Source: Candidatus Bathyarchaeota archaeon (GTDB taxonomy: Archaea > Thermoproteota > Bathyarchaeia > Bathyarchaeales > Bathycorpusculaceae). From it: a stretch of 64,000 nt of DNA. Shown here one piece after another: positions 9,716-20,246 of the stretch. The DNA lies in the NCBI GenBank assembly GCA_963717465.1, contig OY970340.1, positions 2,272,001 through 2,336,000 on the forward strand, in the 5' to 3' direction. The stretch's first letter is position 1, and every line of letters starts with the position of its first letter. The notes beneath the pieces were generated by a model that saw only the letters and a program-made list of their open reading frames with translations, was not told the origin of the DNA and did no database searches. Position numbers and translations under genes: made by a program.

Positions 9716-10717
9716 TTGAAAGAAAAAGCAACCGAAATTTTCATCATCGCACTCATAATTTTCGGAGTACTCATGGCAACGCTACTAACAAGCGCCTTTC
9801 TCCAAAATGGTATCGTAAAAAACAACCAAGACCTTGCCCAATCTTCACCTATTCCCACAGTAACTTCCACACCTTCAACCAATACTTCGAGTCCAACACC
9901 CACTGCATCGCCGACCCCAACCCCAACTTCTACATCAACACCCACCCCCACATCTTCCCCAACGCCAACTCCTGTTCCCACGACAAGCCCAACTCCTTCG
10001 CCAACAGCTACTCCGACGCCAAGTCCCACACCATCCCCATCAACGCCGAGTCAAGAAGATTCAATAAACTGGGCTGGATATATAGCAACTTTTAACCAGC
10101 AAAACCCTCAACCAACAGTAACAAGCGTCAGCGGTTCATGGGTTGTTCCAGCAGTTACGAATTCGACAAACGACACGTACTCATCAGTATGGATTGGCAT
10201 AGGAGGACAAAACGATTCAACCCTTATCCAATGCGGCACTGACCAATTATCGATCAACGGACAAGTAGAATACTTAGCCTGGTACGAACTATTACCAGCC
10301 CAATCAATAACAATAAACAACATAACTGTTTCAGCAGGAGATCAAATAGACGCTGAAATACAACTCGTAAACCAAACACAAAACCAATGGACAATAAACT
10401 TAACTGATACAACAGCCAACGAATCATTTCAAAAAAATGTATTCTACAATTCCAGCCAATTATCAGCTGAGTGGATAATCGAAAGACCAACCGTCGACGG
10501 CAACCTTTCACAACTAGCAAACTTCGGAAACATAACCTTCACAAACTGCACTGCAACCATCGGCTCCGTCAGTGGAGCAATCAACAATTTCTCTTCAAGC
10601 GAAATAATCATGTACTCCTCAACGCAAACGGAAAACTCAGCTACTCAACTAACTGATGTCTCGGATCTTGCTGATAACGGCGAAGAATTTACAATGACAT
10701 ATCTAGCACCCGCATAA
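9716..10717 (+). CDS. G1-family glutamic peptidase with N-terminal anchor and Pro/Thr/Ser linker
   Basis: NWAGY, WIGIGG, LIQCGT (catalytic Q), [16 protein letters not shown] (catalytic E). Confidence 0.88.
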   Translation: MKEKATEIFIIALIIFGVLMATLLTSAFLQNGIVKNNQDLAQSSPIPTVTSTPSTNTSSPTPTASPTPTPTSTSTPTPTSSPTPTPVPTTSPTPSPTATPTPSPTPSPSTPSQEDSINWAGYIATFNQQNPQPTVTSVSGSWVVPAVTNSTNDTYSSVWIGIGGQNDSTLIQCGTDQLSINGQVEYLAWYELLPAQSITINNITVSAGDQIDAEIQLVNQTQNQWTINLTDTTANESFQKNVFYNSSQLSAEWIIERPTVDGNLSQLANFGNITFTNCTATIGSVSGAINNFSSSEIIMYSSTQTENSATQLTDVSDLADNGEEFTMTYLAPA

Positions 10718-11210
10718 AGAAAATGTAACGCTTCAAACTCTTGAAATTCAAGAGCCGATATTGACAAGCGTATTTGACTGCAAAACATGCTTGTTCACTT
10801 AAATTTTTGGCTTCGAACAACTATGTCGCAGAAAAGTACAGTTTTTACAACTTATGCCAAAGGTTCTAGCGTTCGTTCTTTTAAGCTTTCGTTGTCTTGA
10901 GCGTTGTTCTGTTCTACAGTTAAGACAAGACATCTGATTACTGTAGTTTCATCGCTAAATACTTCAAGAAACAATGGATTTTTTATAGTTATTTGTTGAC
11001 TTGTTCTACAGTTCATTTCTGCATTGAAACGTGTTGGATTTGACGGGTTTTGGATGTATTTGATGAGGGAAAATACTGTTTTTAACTACATATTCCTGTT
11101 TCTGAACTATTCTGATATTGCTTGGTTATGTGCGAGCTTTTAAATCGACCTTTATGCACTATAGTGACTCAATACAGCATATAATATAAAACTGAAGGAG
11201 CACCCGAAAA

Positions 11211-11594
11211 ATGATAAATAATCAAAAAGAAATCCAAGTAAAACTTACCAAAGGCTTACTAGACCTAATAACGCTCCAGCTATTAAACTCACAGCCCATG
11301 CATGGATACGAAATCATCCTTAAAATACGCAAAAGCTTCGGCGTCTACTTCGGCCCCAGCACAATCTATCCACTCTTATCAAGCCTTGAAAAGAAGAAAT
11401 ACATCGAAAGCAAATGGGACATGACCTATGAAAGACCAAGAAAAGTCTACCACCTAACCAACGAAGGCCAAGCCATGCTAAACTTCACAGAAAACTCACT
11501 AAACATGGTTATACACAGCCTAAAACCAACAGAAACAGCAAGAGTTAGCATTCAAGCCAGCCCTAAAATGCTCGCTAAAACAATAGTTCAATAG
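11211..11594 (+). CDS. PadR-family transcriptional regulator
   Basis: PMHGYEI, GPSTIYPLL, RPRKVYHLT. Confidence 0.92.
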   Translation: MINNQKEIQVKLTKGLLDLITLQLLNSQPMHGYEIILKIRKSFGVYFGPSTIYPLLSSLEKKKYIESKWDMTYERPRKVYHLTNEGQAMLNFTENSLNMVIHSLKPTETARVSIQASPKMLAKTIVQ

Positions 11595-11709
11595 CTATGC
11601 TACAATTCACAGAGAGGTTCTTAAGCCGCTAAAATTTCCAACTCATTTAGTAGTAGGAAATATTTTTTGTTCATATGCTTAGTCTTATATCCAGCTAAAA
11701 GTAGAAGTA

Positions 11710-11772
11710 AACTTCATTCGTGATTAGGGCTAAAATCACCGTCGACAGGTTCACCGCAAGCATCACAAGCAG
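11710..11772 (-). ncRNA. Possible degenerate C/D-box sRNA
   Basis: Minus strand reads GTGATGC-N14-TCGA-CG-GTGATTT-N15-ATGA; all four boxes deviate from consensus. Confidence 0.3.
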
Positions 11773-11906
11773 CCTTTGTCTATCGTTACTTTCAGGATTG
11801 TTTTTGTGCAGTTATGACTTTTAGAGTTTTTGATGTAATTCATGCAAATAGGTTAACTAAAAATGTAGAGTGTATACCTGAAAAATGAATGAAATAAGGT
11901 CAGCTA

Positions 11907-12374
11907 TTAAATTGAATGGAGCCAGCCACGCCCATTTTTTTTAATTTGCCGTGCAATTGGTTTCTCAGGAATTAACGATGTAGCAGGTTTGTTGAGCGGT
12001 TTCTTTTGAATCGGAACCTGCGTTCGTATGAATTTGTGCCAGCCGCCAACGTTAACGTTTGGTTGAACAAAGCGATCTGGATTTTCGATTTTCTGCTGCT
12101 CCAGAATTTCCTTAAAATTTAAGGGCTTAAAATCCCTAATCGCAAAAATAACAGTGCCTCGGTCGATCTGTAAAGTTTCATAATGACTTAACGATATATC
12201 TTCAGCTCTAACCTTGTCGCTGAAACGTTCGGTCCATAAAAGTTTCCATTCAGCCCGAAGCTCCTCAACCAACTTCTTTTCAAACTCAATCTTATTCTTA
12301 TAAGAGCTAACGTCAAAAGCCTCAGGTGAACTATTATGAACCTGCAAATACCAACGCTCCATCAAAGCAACCAT
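11907..12374 (-). CDS. Hypothetical protein
   Basis: 155-aa ORF with no recognised motif. Confidence 0.6.
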   Translation of the reverse strand: MVALMERWYLQVHNSSPEAFDVSSYKNKIEFEKKLVEELRAEWKLLWTERFSDKVRAEDISLSHYETLQIDRGTVIFAIRDFKPLNFKEILEQQKIENPDRFVQPNVNVGGWHKFIRTQVPIQKKPLNKPATSLIPEKPIARQIKKNGRGWLHSI

Positions 12375-12544
12375 TTACTCCGAGTATTTAACAATTGTTT
12401 CTAGAAAAAGAAAATACTCTCTATTAGAAATTCAATCGTTTTGTCCATAACAAAATATGAAAAATAAGCAAAATTCAAGCTTTTACAGGATACAAAAGAT
12501 ATGCTTATCTTTTATTTATTGACAATTAGTAATAGGCTTAATAC

Positions 12545-14087
12545 ATGCAAAAATTGCGATCAGAAAATGAAATTATAACAAGTAGAGAAATGCGTGCATT
12601 AGAAAGCAACGCACAATATTTCGGAATATCATTGCTTCAACTTATGGAGAATGCTGGACGCCGCATCGCGCTTGAAACCGCTTCGCGGATTCAAAAAGAT
12701 GGTGAAGTAGTGGTTTTTTGCGGTTTAGGCGGAAACGGCGGGGACGGTTTTGTGGCTGCAAGGCACCTCTTAACTATGGGTTTTAGGGTTAAGGTTGTTC
12801 TTGTTGGAAAGAATCGTGATATAAATCATGAGGCAGCGCTTAAAAAACTGGGTTATTCTTAAATCGCTGCGTGAAAAAATGCCTTTACTCGAAGTGGGTG
12901 ACAGTTCAAGTATTCCTAAAGTCACCGCTGATGTAGTTATTGATGCGTTGTTAGGCACGGGAACTAAAGGGAAACTTAAGCCGCCAATAGCTCAAATTGT
13001 CGATTACATAAACTCGTTGGATGCGTTTAAAATTGCAGTTGACGTTCCTACAGGAATTGATTCCGATACAGGCGAAGTTTTGGGAACAGCAGTTAAAGCA
13101 AACTTGACTGTCACATTCCACAAGCAAAAAGCAGGTTTACAAAAAGCTAAGGAACACGCTGGCGAAGTTATTGTAAGAGACATTGGTTTACCAGATGAGA
13201 TGGAAGAGTATGCAGGCCCAGGCGATGTATTGCTGGTTGTGAAGCCTCGGATTTCAACGAGTCATAAAGGCGATTTTGGACGATTATTAGTAATTGGCGG
13301 AAGCCAAGTTTTTTCAGGAGCACCAACGCTTGTGTCTTTAGCTGCTTTGCGGACAGGAATCGACATTGCGTATCTTGCGGCTCCGGAAAGAACTGCTTAT
13401 GCGATTTCTTCGATGTCGCCTGATTTGATAACAGTGAAACTTGTAGGCGACAACCTGAACCCAAGATGCATACCTACGTTGAAGCCGTATTTGGATGTTG
13501 TTGATGCGGTTGCTATGGGTCCAGGATTAGGATTGCAGCCTGAAACCGTCGAGTTCACTAAACAATGCATTAGCATGATTGAAAAGGCTGGGAAACCTTT
13601 GCTGTTGGATGCTGATGGCTTGAAAGCTTTTGCGAGGTTTAAGCGGCCATTAAAGGTTCCTTTTGTTCTCACACCACATGCTGGAGAATACGCAATATTA
13701 ACGGGTGAAAAATTACCTGAAAACATGCAAGAACGCGTCATTGAAATCAAAAAAACTGCTAAAAGTCTCAATGCGACTATCCTGGTGAAGGGGAAAGTTG
13801 ATGTGATATGCAGTGCGGAAAAGTCGAAGTTGAATTTTACAGGTAATCCAGGAATGACTGTTGGCGGCACTGGCGATGTTCTTTCAGGAATAGTCGGCGC
13901 ATTGCTTGCTCAAAAGGTTGATCCGTTTGAAGCGGCTGTTGCTGGAGCTTTTGTAAACGGTGCTGCAGGCGATTTCGTTGCTAGTCAAGTTGGTTTTCAC
14001 ATGTTGGCAACTGATGTTATTGAGCGAATTCCAAGTGTTTTGGATGATCCGATGAGTCATTTAAGGGTGCAAAAATCAAGTGAATGA
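12545..14087 (+). CDS. nnr: Bifunctional NAD(P)H-hydrate epimerase/dehydratase, frameshift in A6 run near 12842-12847
   Basis: LMENAG, GGNGGDG, DALLGTG, VDVPTG, SHKGDFG, LLLDADG, LTPHAGE, GGTGDVLSG. Confidence 0.93.
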
Positions 14088-14630
14088 GGAAACAGGCAAA
14101 GACACATTTGATCGACAGTAAGCCGAGAATTACTATTTATCATGCAGCGCAGTGTGATCCAAAAAAATGCACGGGGTTACGTCTAAAGCGTCGTGGGTTG
14201 GCTAGAATCGTTACTAAAACGCGGTTTTTGCCTAAACGTGCAGTTGTGCTTAATCCGTTTAGTGAGATAGCGTTTTCTCCAGCAGATAAACAAAGAATTA
14301 GTGATTTCGGTATTGTTGCGTTGGATTGCAGTTGGGAGCATGCGCAGAAAGTTTTGAAGCGGCATGTGAAGGGGACGAGCCGTTGTTTGCCATTTCTTGA
14401 TTGCTGGTAACCCTGTTAATTTTGGCAAAGCAACCAAATTATCGACTGCTGAGGCAATCTCTGCTGCTTTGTACATTGCTGGTTTTAAGCAGGAAGCAAT
14501 GGATTTGCTTTCGATTTTCACGTGGGGGCACAGTTTTTATGAATTAAACGAAAAGTTGCTTGATAATTACTCTGAAGCTAAAGATAGCTCTGAAATAGTT
14601 GAAATGCAGACTAAATTTCTGCAAGGTTAA
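14084..14630 (+). CDS. tsr3: rRNA aminocarboxypropyltransferase Tsr3, frameshift near 14395
   Basis: QCDPKKCTG, LDCSW, R.LP.L.AGNPVNFG, LSTAEA, FTWGHSF. Confidence 0.92.
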
Positions 14631-14652
14631 GCGGTAAGTTTGGGGTGCAGAC

Positions 14653-15291
14653 TTGGTATTAATAGCTAACTTTTATTTGTTTTTGCTTTCAGTCATGGTT
14701 ATTTCTTTATCAGGCGTTTTAATGCCTGGACCATTGTTCGCTGTTACGCTTAAGAAGGCAGCGACAAACAAAAAGGCTGGTGCATTAATTGCCATTGGAC
14801 ATGGGATAGTGGAGTTCCCATTGATGTTTTTGATCTTTTTTGTTTTAAGCCAGTTCAATGTTCCCTTGTTAGTTCAAGTAACAGTGGGATTGATCGGTGG
14901 CTTGCTGATGATATTTATGGGCTTTCAGGCTTTTAGAAACAGGCATAAAAATGAAAATGCATTGAATGATTCGAAGATGGATTCCGTGGTTGCTGGAGTC
15001 CGGACAACAGCGATAAATGCAGGTTTCATTCTGTGGTGGTTAACCGTTGGAACGACATTGATATTGAACGCTAAAATTTTTGGTTTGCTTGGATTTGGCG
15101 TGTTCGCTGGAGTTCATTGGAGTATTGATTTCTTATGGTACACAACAGTTGCATATGGAATTTTTAAATCCCAAAGATTTTGGACAGAACATGTTAAAAT
15201 GGGTATTACTCTGTTCTGTGTTGCAGTCTTTATCGGTTTTGGAGCATACTTTTTTGGTTCAGCCCTATGGTCAATCCCCTCAATAGTGTAA
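14653..15291 (+). CDS. LysE-family translocator
   Basis: SLSGVLMPGPL, GHGIVE, FILWW, multiple TM helices. Confidence 0.88.
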   Translation: MVLIANFYLFLLSVMVISLSGVLMPGPLFAVTLKKAATNKKAGALIAIGHGIVEFPLMFLIFFVLSQFNVPLLVQVTVGLIGGLLMIFMGFQAFRNRHKNENALNDSKMDSVVAGVRTTAINAGFILWWLTVGTTLILNAKIFGLLGFGVFAGVHWSIDFLWYTTVAYGIFKSQRFWTEHVKMGITLFCVAVFIGFGAYFFGSALWSIPSIV

Positions 15292-15300
15292 GGTGAAAAA

Positions 15301-15867
15301 ATGTCAGCGGAGTTTAAAGTTGGAAAAGCCGTCTTGAAATTCATAAAAGATGATATAACTAATGTCAATGTGGATGCAATAGTTAACGCTGCAAACTCAA
15401 CACTTATGGGTGGAGGTGGCGTTGACGGTGCAATTCATGCTAAGGGTGGACCAAAAATTCTTGAAGAATGCAAAAAGATACGTGCAACAAAGTATCCTGA
15501 TGGGCTTCCGACTGGGATGGCAGTATATCTACTTCTGGGGGTAACATGTTGGCTAGGCATGTTATTCATACTGTTGGTCCAGTTTGGCATGGTGGGATTA
15601 AACGGGGAACCTGAACTTTTAAGACAGGCTTACCAGAATTCACTTCAACTCGCGGTTTCTATGGGGCTTAAATCAGTTGCTTTTCCCTCTATCAGTACAG
15701 GGGCTTATGGTTACCCGATTGAACTTGCAAGTAAGATAGCTGTTGGAGCTGTCAAGGACTTTTTGGAGAAAGAGGATAATCTTGAGGAAGTCGTTTTTGT
15801 GTTGTATTCTGAACGCGATTTTCAAGTTTATTTTGGCTTTGCAAAGTCGGTTTTATTAGAAAATTGA
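15301..15867 (+). CDS. Macro-domain O-acetyl-ADP-ribose deacetylase, with compensating frameshifts at about 15525-15597
   Basis: DIT, DAIVNAAN, GGGGVDGAIH, AFPSISTGAYGYP; VIHTVGPVW is present in the alternative frame. Confidence 0.92.
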   Translation: MSAEFKVGKAVLKFIKDDITNVNVDAIVNAANSTLMGGGGVDGAIHAKGGPKILEECKKIRATKYPDGLPTGMAVYLLLGVTCWLGMLFILLVQFGMVGLNGEPELLRQAYQNSLQLAVSMGLKSVAFPSISTGAYGYPIELASKIAVGAVKDFLEKEDNLEEVVFVLYSERDFQVYFGFAKSVLLEN

Positions 15868-15979
15868 CATTTTTCTCATCGAAATACAGGGAAAAGAAGC
15901 CTAATTTGAGGTTTTTTTCATTAAGAATAGAAAATCTTTTATGCTAAATCATGCGTAACTTGGTTCTGAGGGTAATGCG

Positions 15980-16144
15980 ATGGCAAAATGCCCAAGTTGT
16001 GGAAAAGAAGTTAAAACCGCAAAAAAAACCTGGAAGATGGCTGGCAAACCAGACAAAAAAGGAAACCGAACACAATTAACAATCGGCCTGTATGAATGCT
16101 GTGATAAAACTTTCAGGCAAGTCTTAGATAAGAAAAAAATCTAA
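15980..16144 (+). CDS. Cren7-like small basic chromatin protein with Zn-ribbon cysteines (54 aa, absent from ORF track)
   Basis: MAKCPSCGKEVKTAKKTWKMAGKPDKKGNRTQLTIGLYECCDKTFRQVLDKKKI; W.MA...IGLY...K.FR pattern resembles Cren7; GAGGGT upstream. Confidence 0.65.
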   Translation: MAKCPSCGKEVKTAKKTWKMAGKPDKKGNRTQLTIGLYECCDKTFRQVLDKKKI

Positions 16145-16315
16145 AAAAAAACTCCCATTACTTTTTTATTTTTAAAGCCTTAAAAATTTTAAAAAGATGT
16201 TGTTGGCTGCTTTCTTAATTTGTAAATAAGTTAGATGCAAAAGAAGCATTAAGTATTGTTTGATAGAAAACGATATTAACGCCTATTCTTAACTGGCTTC
16301 AGGGGATAGGAGCAA

Positions 16316-16765
16316 ATGGTAGAGAGTATTAATCCGTCAATAGACCTTACTCATTGGCTACTTCGATTATTGGCTTACGTCATCGATTCGATAATAGTTG
16401 GCATCGTATCTTTCGCAATATCGTTGGCCTTTAGAGGGCAATTAATTACCGTATTACTCTTGGCTTGGGTGGTACTTTCAATGGTTTATTTCATTCTCTT
16501 AGACATCTACTGGGGCACAACAGTAGGTAAAAAAATAATGGGTTTAGCTGTACAGTTGGAAAAAGGCGGCAGAGTATCCTTCATGCCGTCTTTAATTCGC
16601 AACATAAGCAAAATCTTCATACTGCTCCCAGTACTGGATTGGGTAATAGCAATGGTAACCAGTGGAGAAGACCGACAACAAAAATTCAGTGACCGCTTTG
16701 CACAAACCACAGTCGTTCAAACAAGACAAATAGTCCAACATGCTAATCCACCACCACCTCCATAA
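16316..16765 (+). CDS. RDD-family membrane protein
   Basis: RLLAYVID, GTTVGKKIMGL, IRN, QKFSDRFAQTTVV. Confidence 0.9.
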   Translation: MVESINPSIDLTHWLLRLLAYVIDSIIVGIVSFAISLAFRGQLITVLLLAWVVLSMVYFILLDIYWGTTVGKKIMGLAVQLEKGGRVSFMPSLIRNISKIFILLPVLDWVIAMVTSGEDRQQKFSDRFAQTTVVQTRQIVQHANPPPPP

Positions 16766-16919
16766 GAAATCCACGCAAGTCAAAATCCTTTTTTCTATAA
16801 AGAATTTCCAACATTGTTTTAGCAGTTTGCCATCGTTTTATTATTGTTTCATGATAAGCTTCTTTTTTCATCTTGTGCATTATGTTTATCACGTTTAACG
16901 ATGGAATTGAAAGGTGGGA

Positions 16920-16950
16920 ATGATGTCGCCGTCCAGCCTTTAGGGCAAAG
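16920..16950 (+). repeat. Degenerate copy of the 5' half of the C/D sRNA at 18285
   Basis: ATGATGTCGCCGTCCAGCCTTTAGGGCAAAG versus ATGATGTCGCCGTCCCAGTCTGATTAGGGAAAG. Confidence 0.7.
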
Positions 16951-17077
16951 TAATTTCTTACTCTTTCAAACTGTTTGTTTACTTATTTTAATACCTGTGT
17001 TGTTATTGTTGCAATCTAGTTATAAGCTTTTTAAAAGTTCATGTTTTTATTCCTCGTTCTTTGAAGCGTCCTAGACC

Positions 17078-17647
17078 TTGTGTGTCGAGAAAATACTCGC
17101 CAAGCAAGTTAGGCAACGTTTTTTATACAAGATTAAAGAATACAATGAAATCAAAATTATTGAAGGGCATGCATTGAAGAAATCGCTAATAATCTTTGTC
17201 GTTGCTATTTCGTTGCCTCTGGTTCTTGTCTTGCTTTCTTTTCTTGAGTTTACAATAATAACATATTTCACATCGCCCGCATCGATTTCCGCTTTCCCAT
17301 CCTTAATGGATACCGAAAGCAAAGCGTTTAGTTTGCTTAATCTTCTAGTAGGTACTTTTGGTGCTTTTGCATTGTTCTATTTCTTAGGTATAAAAACCAA
17401 AACAAAAGTTGTTAAATCTGTTACTTTGGCTTTGTTTATTGGGTTGTTAGTAGGGTTATTAGTAGGTGAGGTCATAACAGTTGCATCAATTTATATTTTC
17501 TATGGAGTTTTTTCATGGGTCCCCTCTATCGAATTATATATTGTTGATATTTCAGGACTGCTTAGTGGTGTTTTTGGATTATTCTTTCCTGCTCTCGTGG
17601 CTTTATTATTCGTTGATTTAAGAGAAAGAAAGTCACATAACAACTAA
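17078..17647 (+). CDS. Hypothetical membrane protein (true start probably downstream)
   Basis: Four hydrophobic helices. Confidence 0.55.
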   Translation: MCVEKILAKQVRQRFLYKIKEYNEIKIIEGHALKKSLIIFVVAISLPLVLVLLSFLEFTIITYFTSPASISAFPSLMDTESKAFSLLNLLVGTFGAFALFYFLGIKTKTKVVKSVTLALFIGLLVGLLVGEVITVASIYIFYGVFSWVPSIELYIVDISGLLSGVFGLFFPALVALLFVDLRERKSHNN

Positions 17648-17719
17648 TCATCTTAGTTCATAATATCTTTCGTTGCAGTTTGTTGTGCGGGCACATAAAA
17701 CGATAAGGTAGTACTAACT

Positions 17720-17962
17720 TTACCCTCTAGATTCATAGATTATTATATAATCCGATTTAATTTCCATAATTAAATCATGACCTTCAACTATTTTTCTTAA
17801 GCAACCGATATTTTCGTTAGAAAAATTTCCTTTAATATTGATATGATATCCCATGAAGGATGGCTTAGCCTTCTGCGGTAATAAAGTAAAGGTGCTGCCT
17901 TCCAAAGTAGGGCATCTATCGACGATTTCTCTTAATAAAATAGCCACTTCAGCTAATTGCAT
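17720..17962 (-). CDS. Hypothetical protein
   Basis: 80-aa ORF with globular composition. Confidence 0.5.
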   Translation of the reverse strand: MQLAEVAILLREIVDRCPTLEGSTFTLLPQKAKPSFMGYHINIKGNFSNENIGCLRKIVEGHDLIMEIKSDYIIIYESRG

Positions 17963-18284
17963 AAGGTAGTTATGGTTTACTAATTTCTAAGTCTTTCTAA
18001 ATATGCTGACGCGCGCTCTTCTGAACTAAGCCTCTACAACATTTAAAATGTTATTATATTACAGAGTGACAATTCTAGAGACTTTGAAATGTAGAAAAAG
18101 GGCTATATTTCTGATTTTGGAGGGAAAATTCAAAACATATGACGATGTGCAAAAACAGAGTTCTTAGTTTTCCTATATCTCGGAGTTGTTCGTTTACTTG
18201 TTCTGGTTTTATTTTTTGTTTATTCACTTTTCTTCACCTTTCCACGAAAGCCCTTTTATGAGACTGGGATGCTGTTGTATAAGC

Positions 18285-18349
18285 GGGGGATGATGTCGCC
18301 GTCCCAGTCTGATTAGGGAAAGATGAAGAATTCATGACGGACAGACCCC
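18285..18349 (+). ncRNA. C/D-box 2'-O-methylation guide sRNA
   Basis: C ATGATGT 18290, 12-nt guide, D' CTGA 18309, C' ATGAAGA 18323, 12-nt guide, D CAGA 18342, GGGG/CCCC terminal stem, TATA-like TTTTATG about 25 nt upstream. Confidence 0.8.
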
Positions 18350-18404
18350 TAAGTAATTAACTTAATAAAAAAATGATTTAGTTGAAGAAGACTTTCATGG
18401 GTTT

Positions 18405-18854
18405 CTAATGTATCATGCAATTAATCATTTCGGTGCATGTTAAGCATTCATCAGGAACAGGGCTGTCTTTTGGGCGATTTTTCAGGTATCCTGCTTGGTG
18501 ATTGCAGCCTGGAGGTTTTGGCTTGTTTTCATTAACATTATTTGCTTCAGTGAGTTCCTCTTCATTTTCTATTTCGTTTTCTGAAAAAGTTTCTTCAGGT
18601 TCTATTGCTTTGTTTTCTATTATCTTGCTGTCTTCCTCAAAATCCTCAGTTATTTCATTTTTTGGGGTTTCACATGTTTTCTTTTCGTCTATGTCTTTAA
18701 TTTTTGCTAGGCAATATGGGCAACCATAGTATTCTTCCATGATGAAGCCTGAATTGACCACTGTGAAAAGCAGTTTATTTATTTCTATGCCGCAATTCGG
18801 GCATATGGAGTTCTCAGTTTTTTCGTGTGTTAACATCTGAAGGTCTTGTTGCAT
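18405..18854 (-). CDS. Zn-ribbon protein with acidic linker and Cys-rich C-terminus
   Basis: CPNCG...CPYC; GCNH...ECLTC...NC. Confidence 0.65.
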   Translation of the reverse strand: MQQDLQMLTHEKTENSICPNCGIEINKLLFTVVNSGFIMEEYYGCPYCLAKIKDIDEKKTCETPKNEITEDFEEDSKIIENKAIEPEETFSENEIENEEELTEANNVNENKPKPPGCNHQAGYLKNRPKDSPVPDECLTCTEMINCMIH

Positions 18855-19148
18855 TTTGAGAGGAATGGTATGTTTAATTTCTATCCGCTCCTAAACGGCT
18901 ACCTAAAGTAAATCTTAATATTTAATAAACCTTGTTGCCTACCCGTTGAACGCCTAAACAATTAAAAAAGTATCCAGAATAAAAAACAAGAATCCAATTG
19001 CTGAAATCGAGCCTAAAAACAGCCAGACCAATTATTTGACTAAAGACTAACAAATTCAGTAAAGCATGAATAAATAGCTTCGTTCAAAAGCACAATTTAG
19101 TTTTCTAAATGCTGCAGAGATTAAAAGAAAAAACAAGTTTAACAAAAA

Positions 19149-19586
19149 TTGCAAAAGCTAATAAATAATGAACAGAAAATAGTCAATAGAATTATCAAGG
19201 TAAAATTGATGGTTGAAAAGAACAGTTTTGTGTTTCGAAAAGGCAAAATTGGTGAAAAACTGCCCTCAGTTTGTCTACAAGACAAAAACCTTGCACCAGA
19301 CTTTGTTTTGGAACTAAATGGAAAATTAACAGTAACCGCTTGCACCATGGGCATCGATAATCACATCTACGCAATCAGTTCATTCGATGAGAACAAAGAT
19401 TACATCACAAAATTTCTCGAGTTATGGGAAGAGTATACACGAAATAAGAAACATCCAGAGTTAATAGTTTCTCACATCAAGGATAGCACCCTAGAACAAA
19501 TCTTAGTGGATAAAAGAAAATTTAGTCGAATATTCGAAGATGACAGAGGAAAAGTCTACCTAAAAGACCTGACAGCAAAAACCTAA
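19149..19586 (+). CDS. Hypothetical protein
   Basis: ORF with no recognised motif. Confidence 0.5.
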   Translation: MQKLINNEQKIVNRIIKVKLMVEKNSFVFRKGKIGEKLPSVCLQDKNLAPDFVLELNGKLTVTACTMGIDNHIYAISSFDENKDYITKFLELWEEYTRNKKHPELIVSHIKDSTLEQILVDKRKFSRIFEDDRGKVYLKDLTAKT

Positions 19587-19690
19587 ACGTTAAACAATTG
19601 CCAAAAACCCCTCAGAATAAACAATAATCTACAATTAACTCTCGAAAGCCAAACGTCATGCTGATCGCTGAAAAAAAGTGATTTTCTTTT

Positions 19691-20233
19691 TCAAGAAATC
19701 TTCTCTTTAGCTAAACGCAAAATCTTTTCAACCTCATCCTTGCTCACTGAAGTTACTGGCGGCAATCCAAGGTCGCTTCGCATCTCATTGATGAATGAGT
19801 CATCGTTGAATATCCGCCCGTTTTCAGCTATTACCGCAGACAGCTGCTTAAAGAACGGATGAACATGACCTTCTTTTACAGCAATATTTCTAATGACACG
19901 AATAACGTCTGTTAATCTAACTCCTTGAGGGCACCTTTCAGTGCAAGAATAGCAGGTTGCGCACATCCAAATCTCTGGCCTGGCTAGGACAAATTCGCGC
20001 ATTCCAAGCAAAGCAGCTTTAGCAACTAATCTTGGGTGAAAACGATCATCAAACCGTCGTATCGGACATGAAGCAGTACATTTTCCACATTGAAAACAAA
20101 GGGCAAGCGACTCTCCACCAGGCAACTTTTCTATTTCACGCTTAAACTTTGGATCAAGCTTATCGGTGTACAAGATTTCTTCTTCGTTAATGCCCAATGG
20201 TCTCGATGATTTTTTAGTTTCTTTCTCACTCAT
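19691..20233 (-). CDS. hdrC: Heterodisulfide reductase subunit C
   Basis: CFQCGKCTASCP and WMCATCYSCTERCPQGV. Confidence 0.92.
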   Translation of the reverse strand: MSEKETKKSSRPLGINEEEILYTDKLDPKFKREIEKLPGGESLALCFQCGKCTASCPIRRFDDRFHPRLVAKAALLGMREFVLARPEIWMCATCYSCTERCPQGVRLTDVIRVIRNIAVKEGHVHPFFKQLSAVIAENGRIFNDDSFINEMRSDLGLPPVTSVSKDEVEKILRLAKEKIS

Positions 20234-20246
20234 ACTTTTCCCTCAT

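Noticed and set aside
9658..10095. GV-repeat antisense ORF and alternative-frame ORF
   Set aside because: Shadows of the Pro/Thr linker of the G1 peptidase
16913..18349. Fluoride riboswitch at the two GATGATGTCGCC-like sites
   Set aside because: The C/D box architecture and rRNA complementarity fit better, and no fluoride-related gene follows
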